Source of the DNA: Prevotella sp.
GTDB lineage: Bacteria; Bacteroidota; Bacteroidia; Bacteroidales; Dysgonomonadaceae
DNA length: 64,000 nucleotides
Assembly (NCBI GenBank): GCA_031285625.1
Contig: JAITVV010000071.1
Coordinates: 47,776 to 111,775 of the forward strand
Direction: 5' to 3'
The position numbers and the translations under genes are program-made. Position 1 is the stretch's first letter; each line of letters begins with the position of its first letter. Positions 29,699 through 39,897 of the stretch are shown piece by piece. The notes beneath the pieces were generated by a model, which was not told where the DNA came from, did no database searches, and saw nothing but the letters and a program-made list of their open reading frames with translations.

Positions 29699-29798
29699 TC
29701 ACTGCTTTTTTTTGAGCTAAAAAAGTAGTGAGTCAGAAGCATTATATAACTAATTATTAAGTAAATAGATATTTTGTAACAGTGTCAAAAAGTAGTGA
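29699..29798 (-). promoter_or_regulatory. Putative operator: AAAAAGTAGTGA direct repeat 67 bp apart plus a near-inverted copy
   Basis: Identical 12-mers at 29720-29731 and 29787-29798; TCACTGCTTTTT at 29699-29710; all upstream of susC. Confidence 0.6.
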
Positions 29799-29851
29799 TT
29801 TTCCATAAAGATTAATGCATATGATGTCAGGCAACCGCAATTCTATGCATC

Positions 29852-29881
29852 AAAAAAACCGATGAATAAAATCCATCGGTT
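29852..29881 (-). terminator. galE terminator
   Basis: AACCGATG/CATCGGTT stem with minus-strand U-tract. Confidence 0.7.
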
Positions 29882-29910
29882 CCTATAATATTTTAAGAAT
29901 CTATATAGAA

Positions 29911-30945
29911 TTACATAATTCCTTTCTCTCTCAACTTCAACTGCCATTTCCATGCAGAATCCATTGTATCCTCAATGTTTTCTTTTGCAGTCCAGCCTAA
30001 AACAGTATTGGCATGTTTAGGCTCAGCCCAGATTTTTTCAATATCACCTTCGCGGCGGCCTACTATCTTGTAGTTTAGTTTTGTACCCGAAACTTTTTCG
30101 AATACTCTTATAAGCTCAAGGACTGAAACACCGCGTCCTGTACCCAGGTTGAATACCTCTACCTTCTCAGGAGACTTGCTTTCCACCATACGGTCGATAG
30201 CCACCACATGAGCCTTGGCTAGGTCTACCACATTGATAAAGTCGCGGATACATGACCCGTCAGGTGTATCATAATCATCACCGAACACACTCAGTTGCTC
30301 ACGCACACCCATAGCTGTCTGTGTAATATATGGCACAAGGTTTTGAGGTACTCCGTTTGGCAACTCACCTATCTCTGCAGTAGGATGCGCACCTATCGGG
30401 TTGAAGTAGCGAAGAATGATACTCTTCACATCTGCTCCCGAACGAACTACATCTTTTATAATTTCTTCATTGATTTGTTTTGTATTACCATAAGGTGATT
30501 CGGCAGGTTTGATTGGTGCAGTCTCATCAATCGGGTTTTTATCCGGCTCTCCGTAAACAGTACAGGATGAAGAGAATACAATATTCTTTACTCCAAACTG
30601 TGGCATCAAATCAAGCAGATTCATCAGTGAATTCAGGTTGTTTCTGTAATACAACAGCGGCTTTTGTACCGATTCGCCTACTGCTTTGCTTGCAGCAAAG
30701 TGGATAATTCCTTTAATATCAGGATGAGCAGTAAACAGTTTTCTCAATCCTTCAAGGTCGTTACAATCCAGTTTTTCAAAGACAGGACGAATACCTGTAA
30801 TACGCTCTATGCCATCGATAGAGTCGGCAGTAGAGTTAGACAGGTCGTCGATGATAACTACAGAATAGCCGGCATTCTGTAATTCTACTACTGTGTGGGA
30901 ACCGATATATCCGGCACCACCCGTGACAAGAATTTTACCTTTCAT
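29911..30945 (-). CDS. galE: UDP-glucose 4-epimerase
   Basis: GGAGYIGSH, SSSCTVYG, YGNTK and LRYFNPIGAH motifs. Confidence 0.97.
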   Translation of the reverse strand: MKGKILVTGGAGYIGSHTVVELQNAGYSVVIIDDLSNSTADSIDGIERITGIRPVFEKLDCNDLEGLRKLFTAHPDIKGIIHFAASKAVGESVQKPLLYYRNNLNSLMNLLDLMPQFGVKNIVFSSSCTVYGEPDKNPIDETAPIKPAESPYGNTKQINEEIIKDVVRSGADVKSIILRYFNPIGAHPTAEIGELPNGVPQNLVPYITQTAMGVREQLSVFGDDYDTPDGSCIRDFINVVDLAKAHVVAIDRMVESKSPEKVEVFNLGTGRGVSVLELIRVFEKVSGTKLNYKIVGRREGDIEKIWAEPKHANTVLGWTAKENIEDTMDSAWKWQLKLREKGIM

Positions 30946-30985
30946 TTTTAGTGTTTTTAAATTGAGCTTTAAAGATACAAAATAT

Positions 30986-31020
30986 CAGTTAACAGTTAGC
31001 AGTCAACAGTTAACAATTTA
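30986..31020. repeat. Heptamer tandem repeat (CAGTTAA)x~5
   Basis: CAGTTAA CAGTTAG CAGTCAA CAGTTAA CAATTTA read directly. Confidence 0.75.
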
Positions 31021-31094
31021 GGGCAAACGCATGAAGAATACGCCCATACAGGCCTACCATAATTTTGATATGGATAACAATTTATATTCTGATA

Positions 31095-32159
31095 TTACAC
31101 TACAGCTTTCTCCATCAATTTTATTGTCATACTCATAGTATCCAGTTCTGCCTCTATACCTATCGGAAATGTAAAGTTGTTGCTAATATGTCCGAAAGAC
31201 AAACCATGTACTGCAGGAATATTTAACGGCTTAATTCTATCTTCGATTACTTCTCTGAGTGTAAATGAGTTTGGAGCATTTGTCTTTTCTGATATGTCAC
31301 AATCATTGTTTACACCAAATACAATACCTCTGGCTTTTGCCAGTTCACCGGAGGCTATAAGCTGTGTCAGCATCCTGTCTATCCGGTATGGTTCTTCGCC
31401 AACATCTTCTATCATTACTATTTTGTTCTTCAGGTTAATCTGATAAGGTGTACCCATCATAGCAGAAAATAATGTCAGATTACCACCAACGAGTTCTCCC
31501 CGTACTTTTCCAGGAGTAATTGTATAGCGTTCATATATTTTCTCGTCAAAAGCTTTAAGTAAATCATCGGAAGAACTTTCGATTGTATATCTGTCTGTTG
31601 GGTACATCACCACATCCATAAATTGCTTCCTGCTATATTCACTATCGAATATCTTGGCCACCGGTCCGTGAAACGTTATCAACCCTGTCTTTCTGTATAT
31701 GGTATTGATAAGGGCAGTATCGTCACTGAATCCCATGATTACCTTTGGGTTTTTCTTGATTGCCTTATAGTCAATCATGTCCAATATCCGTGTACAGCCG
31801 TATCCTCCAGCTGCAAAAATAATTCCCTTTATTTCGGGATTCTTTATCATGTTGTTAAAGTCTTCAGCCCGTTCTTTATCGGTACCGCTAAAATAGCCAT
31901 GCTTTCCGAGAATCTTATCAGAATAAAGAGGCTCGAAACCAAGGTGCTGTAAATTTTCGATAGATGACTGCAATGCATCTTCACTTAGTAAATAAGCTGG
32001 AGCCGTCATTCCTATTTTATCTCCCGGGCACAATCTGGCAGCTTTTGTGGTTCTTTTGTTTACTTCGTCTGCTGTGTTGTTCTTTGCTGTCATTATGGTA
32101 GGGATTAAAGAAGTGATTGATAATGCAATTCCAGTATGTAGAAAATTTCTTCTGTTCAT
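31095..32159 (-). CDS. LD-carboxypeptidase (peptidase S66), Tat-exported
   Basis: MNRRNFL twin-arginine signal; GGYG, GFSD, GGNL, EDVGE and FGH catalytic motifs. Confidence 0.92.
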   Translation of the reverse strand: MNRRNFLHTGIALSITSLIPTIMTAKNNTADEVNKRTTKAARLCPGDKIGMTAPAYLLSEDALQSSIENLQHLGFEPLYSDKILGKHGYFSGTDKERAEDFNNMIKNPEIKGIIFAAGGYGCTRILDMIDYKAIKKNPKVIMGFSDDTALINTIYRKTGLITFHGPVAKIFDSEYSRKQFMDVVMYPTDRYTIESSSDDLLKAFDEKIYERYTITPGKVRGELVGGNLTLFSAMMGTPYQINLKNKIVMIEDVGEEPYRIDRMLTQLIASGELAKARGIVFGVNNDCDISEKTNAPNSFTLREVIEDRIKPLNIPAVHGLSFGHISNNFTFPIGIEAELDTMSMTIKLMEKAVV

Positions 32160-32221
32160 ATATAAATTTATATTTTATTATAGAGTTTTTTCCCGCTTTA
32201 TTGTTCATCCCGAGATTTTGA

Positions 32222-32269
32222 AAAAGTGACAAAAGTGACACTTTCTCTCTGTTATTTCATGTTACTTTT
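32222..32269. promoter_or_regulatory. Three-box motif, copy 1
   Basis: AAAAGTGACAAAAGTGACAC...TGTTACTTTT. Confidence 0.6.
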
Positions 32270-32356
32270 TTATCAGGTTAAAATTAATAGTTACTATTAG
32301 ATAAATTTCCTGCCGAAAGAAAATTATCTCTTTCATAGCCAAAGCTAAGAAGGGTA

Positions 32357-32992
32357 TTACTTTTTTGAGAGTTTTTTCTTTTCTTCTTTCATATATACAG
32401 ATAAAGCCTTGTAAAGATTCTTTTTCTCCAAATACTTCAAGGCTTTTGGATAATCGGCCACTAAGGATTTTAATGATTCTACAGTAACTGAAGTTAGATC
32501 ATTATCTCTTACCTGAAAGTGTGTAATATACTCTAATCCAGATTCTGGAAAAGCAGCATAAAATTTTACATACCCAACACTATCTGTCCTAAATAACCAA
32601 TTGGAATCATTATTATAGGGAATTCCTGAAATATACCCTTGTTTTTGTTTAACAAAGATACTTTTAGTATTCTTAGGATAAATCACCTGTTTCCCATTTT
32701 TTCTATCAACTATAACAATGCTATCAAGAGGAGAGAAAAAAGAGACTTTCATTTTTTTATCAGATACAATAGTTTCACCCGTTAGAGATACAATACCAAA
32801 CTTATATTTAGCACCTGTTTTCTTTATTTGCTTATTCATGCTGATCTGCCACATCATGTTATTCATGAATCGTTGTTGATTCTGTAATTGTGTATTCATG
32901 CGGGATATCTGCATATGATGCTGCATGGGATTCATCTGTGCCTTACATAATAATGTACAAAAGAGCAAAGTAAGTATGAGTATAGTTTTCAT
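32357..32992 (-). CDS. Secreted hypothetical protein with Met/Gln/His/Asn-rich N-terminal segment
   Basis: Signal peptide followed by QMNPMQHHMQISRMNTQLQNQQRFMNNMMWQ. Confidence 0.7.
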   Translation of the reverse strand: MKTILILTLLFCTLLCKAQMNPMQHHMQISRMNTQLQNQQRFMNNMMWQISMNKQIKKTGAKYKFGIVSLTGETIVSDKKMKVSFFSPLDSIVIVDRKNGKQVIYPKNTKSIFVKQKQGYISGIPYNNDSNWLFRTDSVGYVKFYAAFPESGLEYITHFQVRDNDLTSVTVESLKSLVADYPKALKYLEKKNLYKALSVYMKEEKKKLSKK

Positions 32993-33192
32993 GAATTATA
33001 TAAAATTTGATGGATGCGGAGCATCTAACCTCTTGTAGTGTTTTTCAAACTAGATTACAATATCAGACAAATATAAATCTTAAATGAAAACTTGCAAAAT
33101 TAATACCGATACAAATAAGAAATATTTTTCCTATCCCGTAACATACCACTCATAACTCAAAAAAGTATATCTTTGTACCTTAATTTTTTTGT

Positions 33193-33453
33193 ATGAAACG
33201 ACTTGCGTATTTGACTCTTACTCTATTTATTTTCATCTTATTCGGTGCATGCTCTTCTCTTGAGGGAGATGCAAAAAAAGCAGCTGAACTAAATAAGAGA
33301 TCTATGGATTATGCTAAAGACTCTGACTTGCAAAAGGCAGAAGAATTGTATAAAGAATCGCAGGAAATAGTCGATGAATACAGGAAAACAGACGAATACG
33401 AAGAATTCCGGAAAGCATATAATAAATATATGCTGGATGGAGCTGCAAACTAA
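33193..33453 (+). CDS. Small helical lipoprotein
   Basis: Lipobox FGAC; TATCTTTG -7 box upstream. Confidence 0.75.
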   Translation: MKRLAYLTLTLFIFILFGACSSLEGDAKKAAELNKRSMDYAKDSDLQKAEELYKESQEIVDEYRKTDEYEEFRKAYNKYMLDGAAN

Positions 33454-33477
33454 AAAACTAATATATTCCTATACTAT

Positions 33478-35172
33478 ATGTCTGAGACTAACTTAAACCC
33501 GGAAGAACCTAAAAAGAGCCTCAATTTTATAGAGGTTGCTGTTGAAAACGATCTAAAAGAAGGAAAGAATGATAGCCGGGTGCAAACCCGATTCCCACCT
33601 GAACCTAACGGATACTTGCACATTGGCCATGCAAAAGCGATCTGTATAGATTTTGGTATAGCTCAAAAATATGGAGGGGTCTGTAATCTTCGCTTCGACG
33701 ATACTAATCCAGTAAAGGAAGAGGTAGAATATGTAGATTCCATAATGGAAGATATACAATGGCTGGGATATGACTGGGCTAATGTATACTATGCTTCAGA
33801 TTACTTTCCTCAGTTATGGGATTTTGCAGTGCAACTCATCAAGGAAGGTAAAGCCTACATTGACGAGCAATCTGCTGAAGAAATAGCAAAACAAAAAGGT
33901 ACACCTACCGAACCGGGAACAAACAGCCCTTATCGTAATCGTCCGATAGAGGAAAGTCTTGATCTTTTTAATAAGATGAATGAGGGAGTTTTTGAAGAGG
34001 GAAGTATGGTGCTTCGTGCTAAAATAGATATGGCTGCAGCCAATATGCATTTTCGTGACCCTATTATATATCGTATTATTAAGCGTCCGCACCATCGTAC
34101 AGGAAGTACATGGCAGGCATATCCCATGTACGATTTTGCACATGGACAATGTGACTACTTCGAGGGAGTAACCCATTCGCTCTGTACATTGGAATTTGTG
34201 CCTCACCGTCCGCTTTACGACTGGTTTATCGACCAGTTGGCAACCAGCGACTATCGTCCGCATCAGTACGAGTTTAACAAACTACAATTTACCTATACAC
34301 TATTGAGCAAACGCAATCTGCGTGCAATGGTAGAAGAAGGTATACTAGATGGCTGGGACGACCCACGTATGCCTACTATCAGCGGATTCCGCCGTAGAGG
34401 ATATACTCCCGAATCTATCCATATACTGATGGATAAAATTGGTTATACAAAATATGACGGAGTAAATGATATTGGTCTGTTCGAATACTCTATCCGCGAA
34501 GACCTGAATAAAAAAGCGACCCGGGTATCGGCTGTACTCAATCCGGTAAAACTGGTTATAACAAATTATCCTGAAGGCAAAACAGAGATAATGCCGGCTC
34601 AGAATAATCCCGAAGATGAGAATGCAGGAAGTCATGAAATATTATTTTCACGCGAACTCTATATTGAGCGTGACGATTTTATGGAAGATGCACCTAAAAA
34701 ATATTTCCGTCTGACTCCGGGCAATGAAGTACGCCTCAAAAACGCTTATATAGTAAAATGTACAGGCTGCAAGAAAGATGAAGCAGGTAACGTTATTGAA
34801 GTTTACGCCGAATACGATGAGATGACCAAAAGCGGTATGCCTGACAGCGGCCGCAAGGTGAAGGGAACTATTCACTGGGTATCTGAGGAAGGATGCTTCG
34901 ATGCGGAAGTACGATTGTACGACCGCTTGTTTATGGTAGAGAACCCTGCAGATGATGAGCGTGATTTCAGGGAATTGTTGAATCCGGACTCATTAAAGGT
35001 ACTTAAAGGCTGCAAAATGGAGTCTTACCTGAACGATGCGAAAGAAGGAGACAAATTCCAGTTTCAGCGTACGGGGTATTTCTGTGTGGATAAAGATTCT
35101 ACACCCGAAAATATGGTATTCAACCGTACTGTATCATTAAAAGATTCGTGGGCAAAAGCAAAAGATAGATAA
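33478..35172 (+). CDS. glnS: Glutamine--tRNA ligase
   Basis: RFPPEPNGYLHIGHAK, LSKR and FQFQRTGYF motifs. Confidence 0.97.
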   Translation: MSETNLNPEEPKKSLNFIEVAVENDLKEGKNDSRVQTRFPPEPNGYLHIGHAKAICIDFGIAQKYGGVCNLRFDDTNPVKEEVEYVDSIMEDIQWLGYDWANVYYASDYFPQLWDFAVQLIKEGKAYIDEQSAEEIAKQKGTPTEPGTNSPYRNRPIEESLDLFNKMNEGVFEEGSMVLRAKIDMAAANMHFRDPIIYRIIKRPHHRTGSTWQAYPMYDFAHGQCDYFEGVTHSLCTLEFVPHRPLYDWFIDQLATSDYRPHQYEFNKLQFTYTLLSKRNLRAMVEEGILDGWDDPRMPTISGFRRRGYTPESIHILMDKIGYTKYDGVNDIGLFEYSIREDLNKKATRVSAVLNPVKLVITNYPEGKTEIMPAQNNPEDENAGSHEILFSRELYIERDDFMEDAPKKYFRLTPGNEVRLKNAYIVKCTGCKKDEAGNVIEVYAEYDEMTKSGMPDSGRKVKGTIHWVSEEGCFDAEVRLYDRLFMVENPADDERDFRELLNPDSLKVLKGCKMESYLNDAKEGDKFQFQRTGYFCVDKDSTPENMVFNRTVSLKDSWAKAKDR

Positions 35173-35195
35173 ACTAATCACTTATATATATGAGA

Positions 35196-35236
35196 TTTGC
35201 GTTCTTTACGTTAATAAAAACAAGCGTAAAGAACGC
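35196..35236 (+). terminator. glnS terminator
   Basis: TGCGTTCTTTACG/CGTAAAGAACGCA stem followed by T-tract. Confidence 0.75.
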
Positions 35237-35262
35237 ATTTTTAACTTAACAACTTTACAATT

Positions 35263-35973
35263 ATGAAGTACCTGACGACACTAGCTTTAGCAGTACTGGC
35301 ATTTTTTGGCTGTAACAAAAAAACTGACTCATCCGGCGATAGCGAATGGATAAACAAAAAAAATCTGACTATGAATGAAATTATAGAACATGTTATGTCA
35401 GATATCGAAAAGGCCGAGTCGTTTAAATATACTTCTGCAAACAGCACTAATGTAAATTTTTATGGAGGACAGAAGACCAATACATTTCTGCTCGACAAAA
35501 AAGGAAATGCTTTTTCAAGCAGGAACCGCGAACAAAATTTCCGGATAGACGGGAAAATGTATACCCGCAAAACAGGCCTCAAAGAAGAAGGGCTTGTAGC
35601 CACAGTAATATCAGATGTACTGGATAAATCCATTCTGGACGAAACATACTTTGAAAGAAATATACCTTATGTGAAACAAAATGGGGTTGTAAATGTAAAA
35701 ATGCTGAAAAAATGCCGTATAACGACTTCTGTCTCAGGAAATACACTCACCATAAAAACTACAGACTTTGATAAAATAGATGCTAAAGACACCAACTTGC
35801 TGACAGATATAACAATTACATATACCCCTAATAAAGAAGTTATCCACAAGGGCACATATCTAAAAGACGGCAAAACCATTATCACTACTTATTCTTTCTA
35901 TATCAATCCCGATGAAGAAGTCAAGTTACCTAAGTTGATGAAGCTGGGAGAAATATTATCTCCTGTAGAATAA
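35263..35973 (+). CDS. Lipoprotein, function unknown
   Basis: Lipobox FFGC; beta-rich 236-aa ORF. Confidence 0.7.
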   Translation: MKYLTTLALAVLAFFGCNKKTDSSGDSEWINKKNLTMNEIIEHVMSDIEKAESFKYTSANSTNVNFYGGQKTNTFLLDKKGNAFSSRNREQNFRIDGKMYTRKTGLKEEGLVATVISDVLDKSILDETYFERNIPYVKQNGVVNVKMLKKCRITTSVSGNTLTIKTTDFDKIDAKDTNLLTDITITYTPNKEVIHKGTYLKDGKTIITTYSFYINPDEEVKLPKLMKLGEILSPVE

Positions 35974-35989
35974 GCAAATATTATAATAA

Positions 35990-38900
35990 CTACTTTTCGG
36001 TTTTTTCTTTTTCATCATTCTTCTTTCCTGTAAAGAAGTTCTTTACCTTCGAGAAGAATCCGGCTACTTTCTTGACAAAGTTTTGTTTTCCTTGTGATAC
36101 TCCGACTGATTCAACTACAGCCGGTTGAAGAATTTGCCAAAAATAATTGAATGTAGAGTGATATGGATCACGATCAATAGTTATATGGGCTTCTCTTGGT
36201 TTCGATTTTTCATTATTCGGATTATTACTTCTCACCATCATATTTGCCAGGCGTGATAAGAATTTATTCGGTTCTTCATTTTCCGCATCTTTTACGACCA
36301 ATAGTTTCAAATCATTGTATAGGAACTGCATATCGGCTGTAGCTCCTGTGCTTGAAGCCTCAGTCCTAAAATCAAAATTCTGCAACATACCACTTTTCAG
36401 TTCAGCCTTAGCGAGAGGAAGAAAGATGTCATTCAGATTTTTCAGATCAAATTGCTTCATGTTAGCTTCCAGAACAAAACAGTCATAATCCGGACTGACC
36501 GGAATATCCCATCTGGCTGTAAATTTTCCTCCCATAAACTTCCCATCCGCATCTAGTCGTATAAATTGATCGGGATATGAAGCTATATTAGTTAGTCCGG
36601 TTAGTTTTCCATTCATATTGTCAAAATAGATCTTCCCGGCAATCGTACCTTTCTTCGGTAATTCTTCATATAATACCGAAAAATTATATACATCAGCAGT
36701 ATCTATATCTAACTTAACCGGGAGTTGTTGTATCTTCTCATATATCAAAGGCATTATATTATGCTGAATCTCTATCTGTTGATTTTTGAAATTCTGAAGA
36801 ACCACATCTTTTACAATAAGATTCTTGGCCTTTACACTATTATCAGAAAAATATGCCGGAAAATCCAATCCCGAGAGAGCTATATCCCCCACAGTTACAT
36901 CAAACCAATCTTTGTGTTTTGGATGCTTATATGCAAATTCAAGTTTTGGATAAGATGACTTCATTCTTATATCTGAGATTTCCGCTTTCTTTTTCTTCTT
37001 GTCAATATCTATACTCCCTATTCCCAAAGTATAGAATCCGTCCATGATAGGGAAATAAAGATCTTTTGTGTTGAAGCGAATATCCGCCATATCAAATTTC
37101 CGTTCATCAGTATTGAATGCTAAGCCATCAATATCCAGGTTTGTCTGGTTTACAGTCTGGTCTACTTTCTTACCATTCTGTGTATAATTGATATTGGCGT
37201 TTGTGATATTAAACTCTTTGATGTCTGCCTGATTTACAAAAGGCTTAATAACTTCATAGAAGTCTTTTGAAGAACCGGAACCTTTCTTAACTGAATCTCC
37301 GGGTATACCTTTCTTATCAATATCTAAGTAAGGTTCATTTATATTAATAGCAGCGAGGTCGAATAGTGATTTCCCATTCTGAACACTCCATTTTAACCCG
37401 GAAAAATCAAAGTTCTGCATACTGAAACGAACGCTTTCATCGGGTTGTTTCATATTGAGACGAGTATCTGAAATAGAAAATTTGCCAATGCCCACATTAT
37501 CACCAAAGAATGATAAACTCATATTCTCAGATTGACTCTTATCTTTCTGGGGTGTCTCATTATTAGCATATTCGATCTGAGGAGATCGCAGAATGAACTC
37601 ACCTATCTGGAATTGTTTATTTATTTTCCAGTTTATAGCCTTTAAACTTAATGTATCCAACCTTGCCTGTAAGCTAGTCTCTCTATCAACATACCCGGCA
37701 TCTATGTTGGTAATATTTACATTATTTACAAAAAGGCCTTTTACCAGTGATAATATATCCTTATCGGAAGAATTCCCTTTTTTGTTTTTTTCTGAATCTC
37801 TCACTTTTGTAATTTTTATTTGAGGCGATTCTATCGAGAAAGATTTAAATGCGACATTCTTATTTTTAATGTAAGTTTCATTATTGAATCCTGATATATT
37901 GATAAATGGAGAACTAAAATCTATATAACTGTCAGGAGCTTTAGCCCAAGTCTCTGTTTGTGGTGTAAGCTTCAGGCCTGCCAGTGTTATTCTTCCGGAA
38001 AGAGTAGAAATATCAGCTTTTTTTATCTGTAAACGATAGTCTTTACTGAGGATAAGATTATCAAAATTACGGAAAGACAGTCCAATATCATTATAAGTAA
38101 ATAGGTAGGGCGAACTGCTTCGGGTCTGATCGTTGATTAAGAATTCAGAAGCATAGAAATTGAGGTTATGCACCTGATATGTATCATTATTATTTCTGTC
38201 GTGATAAATTATATTGGCATCCTTCAGGTTGATCTTTTTAACTGACAGAAAGTCGGAATAGGGCTTAAAATTATCCAAAAAATCCTCTGTGGATTCCAGA
38301 TCTTGTTTTGCAGCGGTATTTTGTTTTTTATCAGCTATTTTAAAGTACTCTATATTAGCTGAGTCTACTTTTATTTGTTCTGCAGAGACTCCCATATTAT
38401 AGTCCAGACCATCTACTCTGATCAACTTTATGCTTCCCCGCACGTAATCCTTTTTTGTATTTGTGGACAGTGGTTTTATCTTGATATCAGACAAAGAAAA
38501 ATCATGATCCATTGTATTCAAATATAAGCGTCCAATGTTTATATCTGAGTTATTACTGTTTTGTAAGCCATTTATATTAGTACTGGTAATTGTAAAATTA
38601 TCAACATACCAAAACTTCTTTTCCCGTTCGGATAAAGGATCTACTAAGAATTTATTGGCATGAAAATCAAATTGTTCGAGCGAGTAGGTATCTGTATATC
38701 CACCTTGTGTTATGGCATAGCTGAATTTTGTTTTTTCTATTCCAACTTTATTGATCGCAATAGTATGTAAAATAGGAGATATAATACTATACAAAGACCA
38801 TGTTTGAACTACAGAATCCTTCTTCTGGGTAGTAACTACAGAATCTGATTTTACACTGTAGTACTGAATATCTGTAGAGGATATATCAAAAGTGCGTGCA

Positions 38901-39814
38901 TCCAGATAGTTTAATCCGTTATCTCTTTTAAATCCGATACCATTAACTGCTACGGATTGTATATTCGCTTTTAAGTATCCTCCCTGCTTGGTTGTCCTTC
39001 CCTCCCAATATTCATCTATCGGGTGAATACTTACACCTTCTATTTTTATGATAGAATCGATAGTACTTAATTGTATATTATTGGTGGTTAGTATTACCTG
39101 ATCGCTATAAAGGAGTGATTGAGGTTTACTAGCTGAAAACTCGAAATTATCTGCATATAATAATTTACCCGATTCTGAAGAATTTTCGTCCAATCTAAAA
39201 TTATATGCTTGAAAGTTAGCTTCCTGCAGGGCATAAATAACAGGTGAATCCTGATCTAATACCTTGTATGAAATATTGGCATTATTTAAGCTTATCCTAT
39301 TTACCGTCAATAGATTTATATAAGGAGATACAGTTTGGTATAACGTTTTTAATTCATGGTTTGCATGCTCTTCTTTAAGGGTATCTGTGGAAAGAGTAGG
39401 TTCAAATATTTTTATATTGGGGGAATTAATTTCGAAAAGGCTGAAATTTAATTTCTTATAATCTCTTTGCCAAGTAAGGTTTATCCCTTTAAAATGAATT
39501 CTTCCGATATGAATATCATAATATATATTAGGGAGACTATCCCCTTCCTTCCACTGATGAAAGGTAACAGAATCAGGTACCAATTTAAGACCCTCTATTG
39601 CAAGTTCTCCGGAGAATAAACCAATAGAAAGATGGTCAAATGAAAAACGGTAGAATCCGTCTGTAGCATTGTATACAACTTTACTAAGCTCTTTATTCAG
39701 TTTATCCTGAAGCCTGTATGTCATATACCAGTTAATAAAAAAGCCACCTATTACAAGAATTGTTAATGTAATAAGTGAAATCTTTATTATTTTTCGTCCT
39801 CCTTTAGTCATCAA
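35990..39814 (-). CDS. Large AsmA/DUF748-like membrane-anchored protein
   Basis: N-terminal TM anchor, repeated beta-groove-like segments, C-terminal RDPYHSTFNYFWQIL. Confidence 0.65.
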   Translation of the reverse strand: MMTKGGRKIIKISLITLTILVIGGFFINWYMTYRLQDKLNKELSKVVYNATDGFYRFSFDHLSIGLFSGELAIEGLKLVPDSVTFHQWKEGDSLPNIYYDIHIGRIHFKGINLTWQRDYKKLNFSLFEINSPNIKIFEPTLSTDTLKEEHANHELKTLYQTVSPYINLLTVNRISLNNANISYKVLDQDSPVIYALQEANFQAYNFRLDENSSESGKLLYADNFEFSASKPQSLLYSDQVILTTNNIQLSTIDSIIKIEGVSIHPIDEYWEGRTTKQGGYLKANIQSVAVNGIGFKRDNGLNYLDARTFDISSTDIQYYSVKSDSVVTTQKKDSVVQTWSLYSIISPILHTIAINKVGIEKTKFSYAITQGGYTDTYSLEQFDFHANKFLVDPLSEREKKFWYVDNFTITSTNINGLQNSNNSDINIGRLYLNTMDHDFSLSDIKIKPLSTNTKKDYVRGSIKLIRVDGLDYNMGVSAEQIKVDSANIEYFKIADKKQNTAAKQDLESTEDFLDNFKPYSDFLSVKKINLKDANIIYHDRNNNDTYQVHNLNFYASEFLINDQTRSSSPYLFTYNDIGLSFRNFDNLILSKDYRLQIKKADISTLSGRITLAGLKLTPQTETWAKAPDSYIDFSSPFINISGFNNETYIKNKNVAFKSFSIESPQIKITKVRDSEKNKKGNSSDKDILSLVKGLFVNNVNITNIDAGYVDRETSLQARLDTLSLKAINWKINKQFQIGEFILRSPQIEYANNETPQKDKSQSENMSLSFFGDNVGIGKFSISDTRLNMKQPDESVRFSMQNFDFSGLKWSVQNGKSLFDLAAININEPYLDIDKKGIPGDSVKKGSGSSKDFYEVIKPFVNQADIKEFNITNANINYTQNGKKVDQTVNQTNLDIDGLAFNTDERKFDMADIRFNTKDLYFPIMDGFYTLGIGSIDIDKKKKKAEISDIRMKSSYPKLEFAYKHPKHKDWFDVTVGDIALSGLDFPAYFSDNSVKAKNLIVKDVVLQNFKNQQIEIQHNIMPLIYEKIQQLPVKLDIDTADVYNFSVLYEELPKKGTIAGKIYFDNMNGKLTGLTNIASYPDQFIRLDADGKFMGGKFTARWDIPVSPDYDCFVLEANMKQFDLKNLNDIFLPLAKAELKSGMLQNFDFRTEASSTGATADMQFLYNDLKLLVVKDAENEEPNKFLSRLANMMVRSNNPNNEKSKPREAHITIDRDPYHSTFNYFWQILQPAVVESVGVSQGKQNFVKKVAGFFSKVKNFFTGKKNDEKEKTEK

Positions 39815-39897
39815 ACAAAGTTAGTTTTGTTTCGTGCATTTATTTAGTTAACAAATTTTGAAACAATTTGTTTGCTTCTGACTATCAGACTAGAAGT

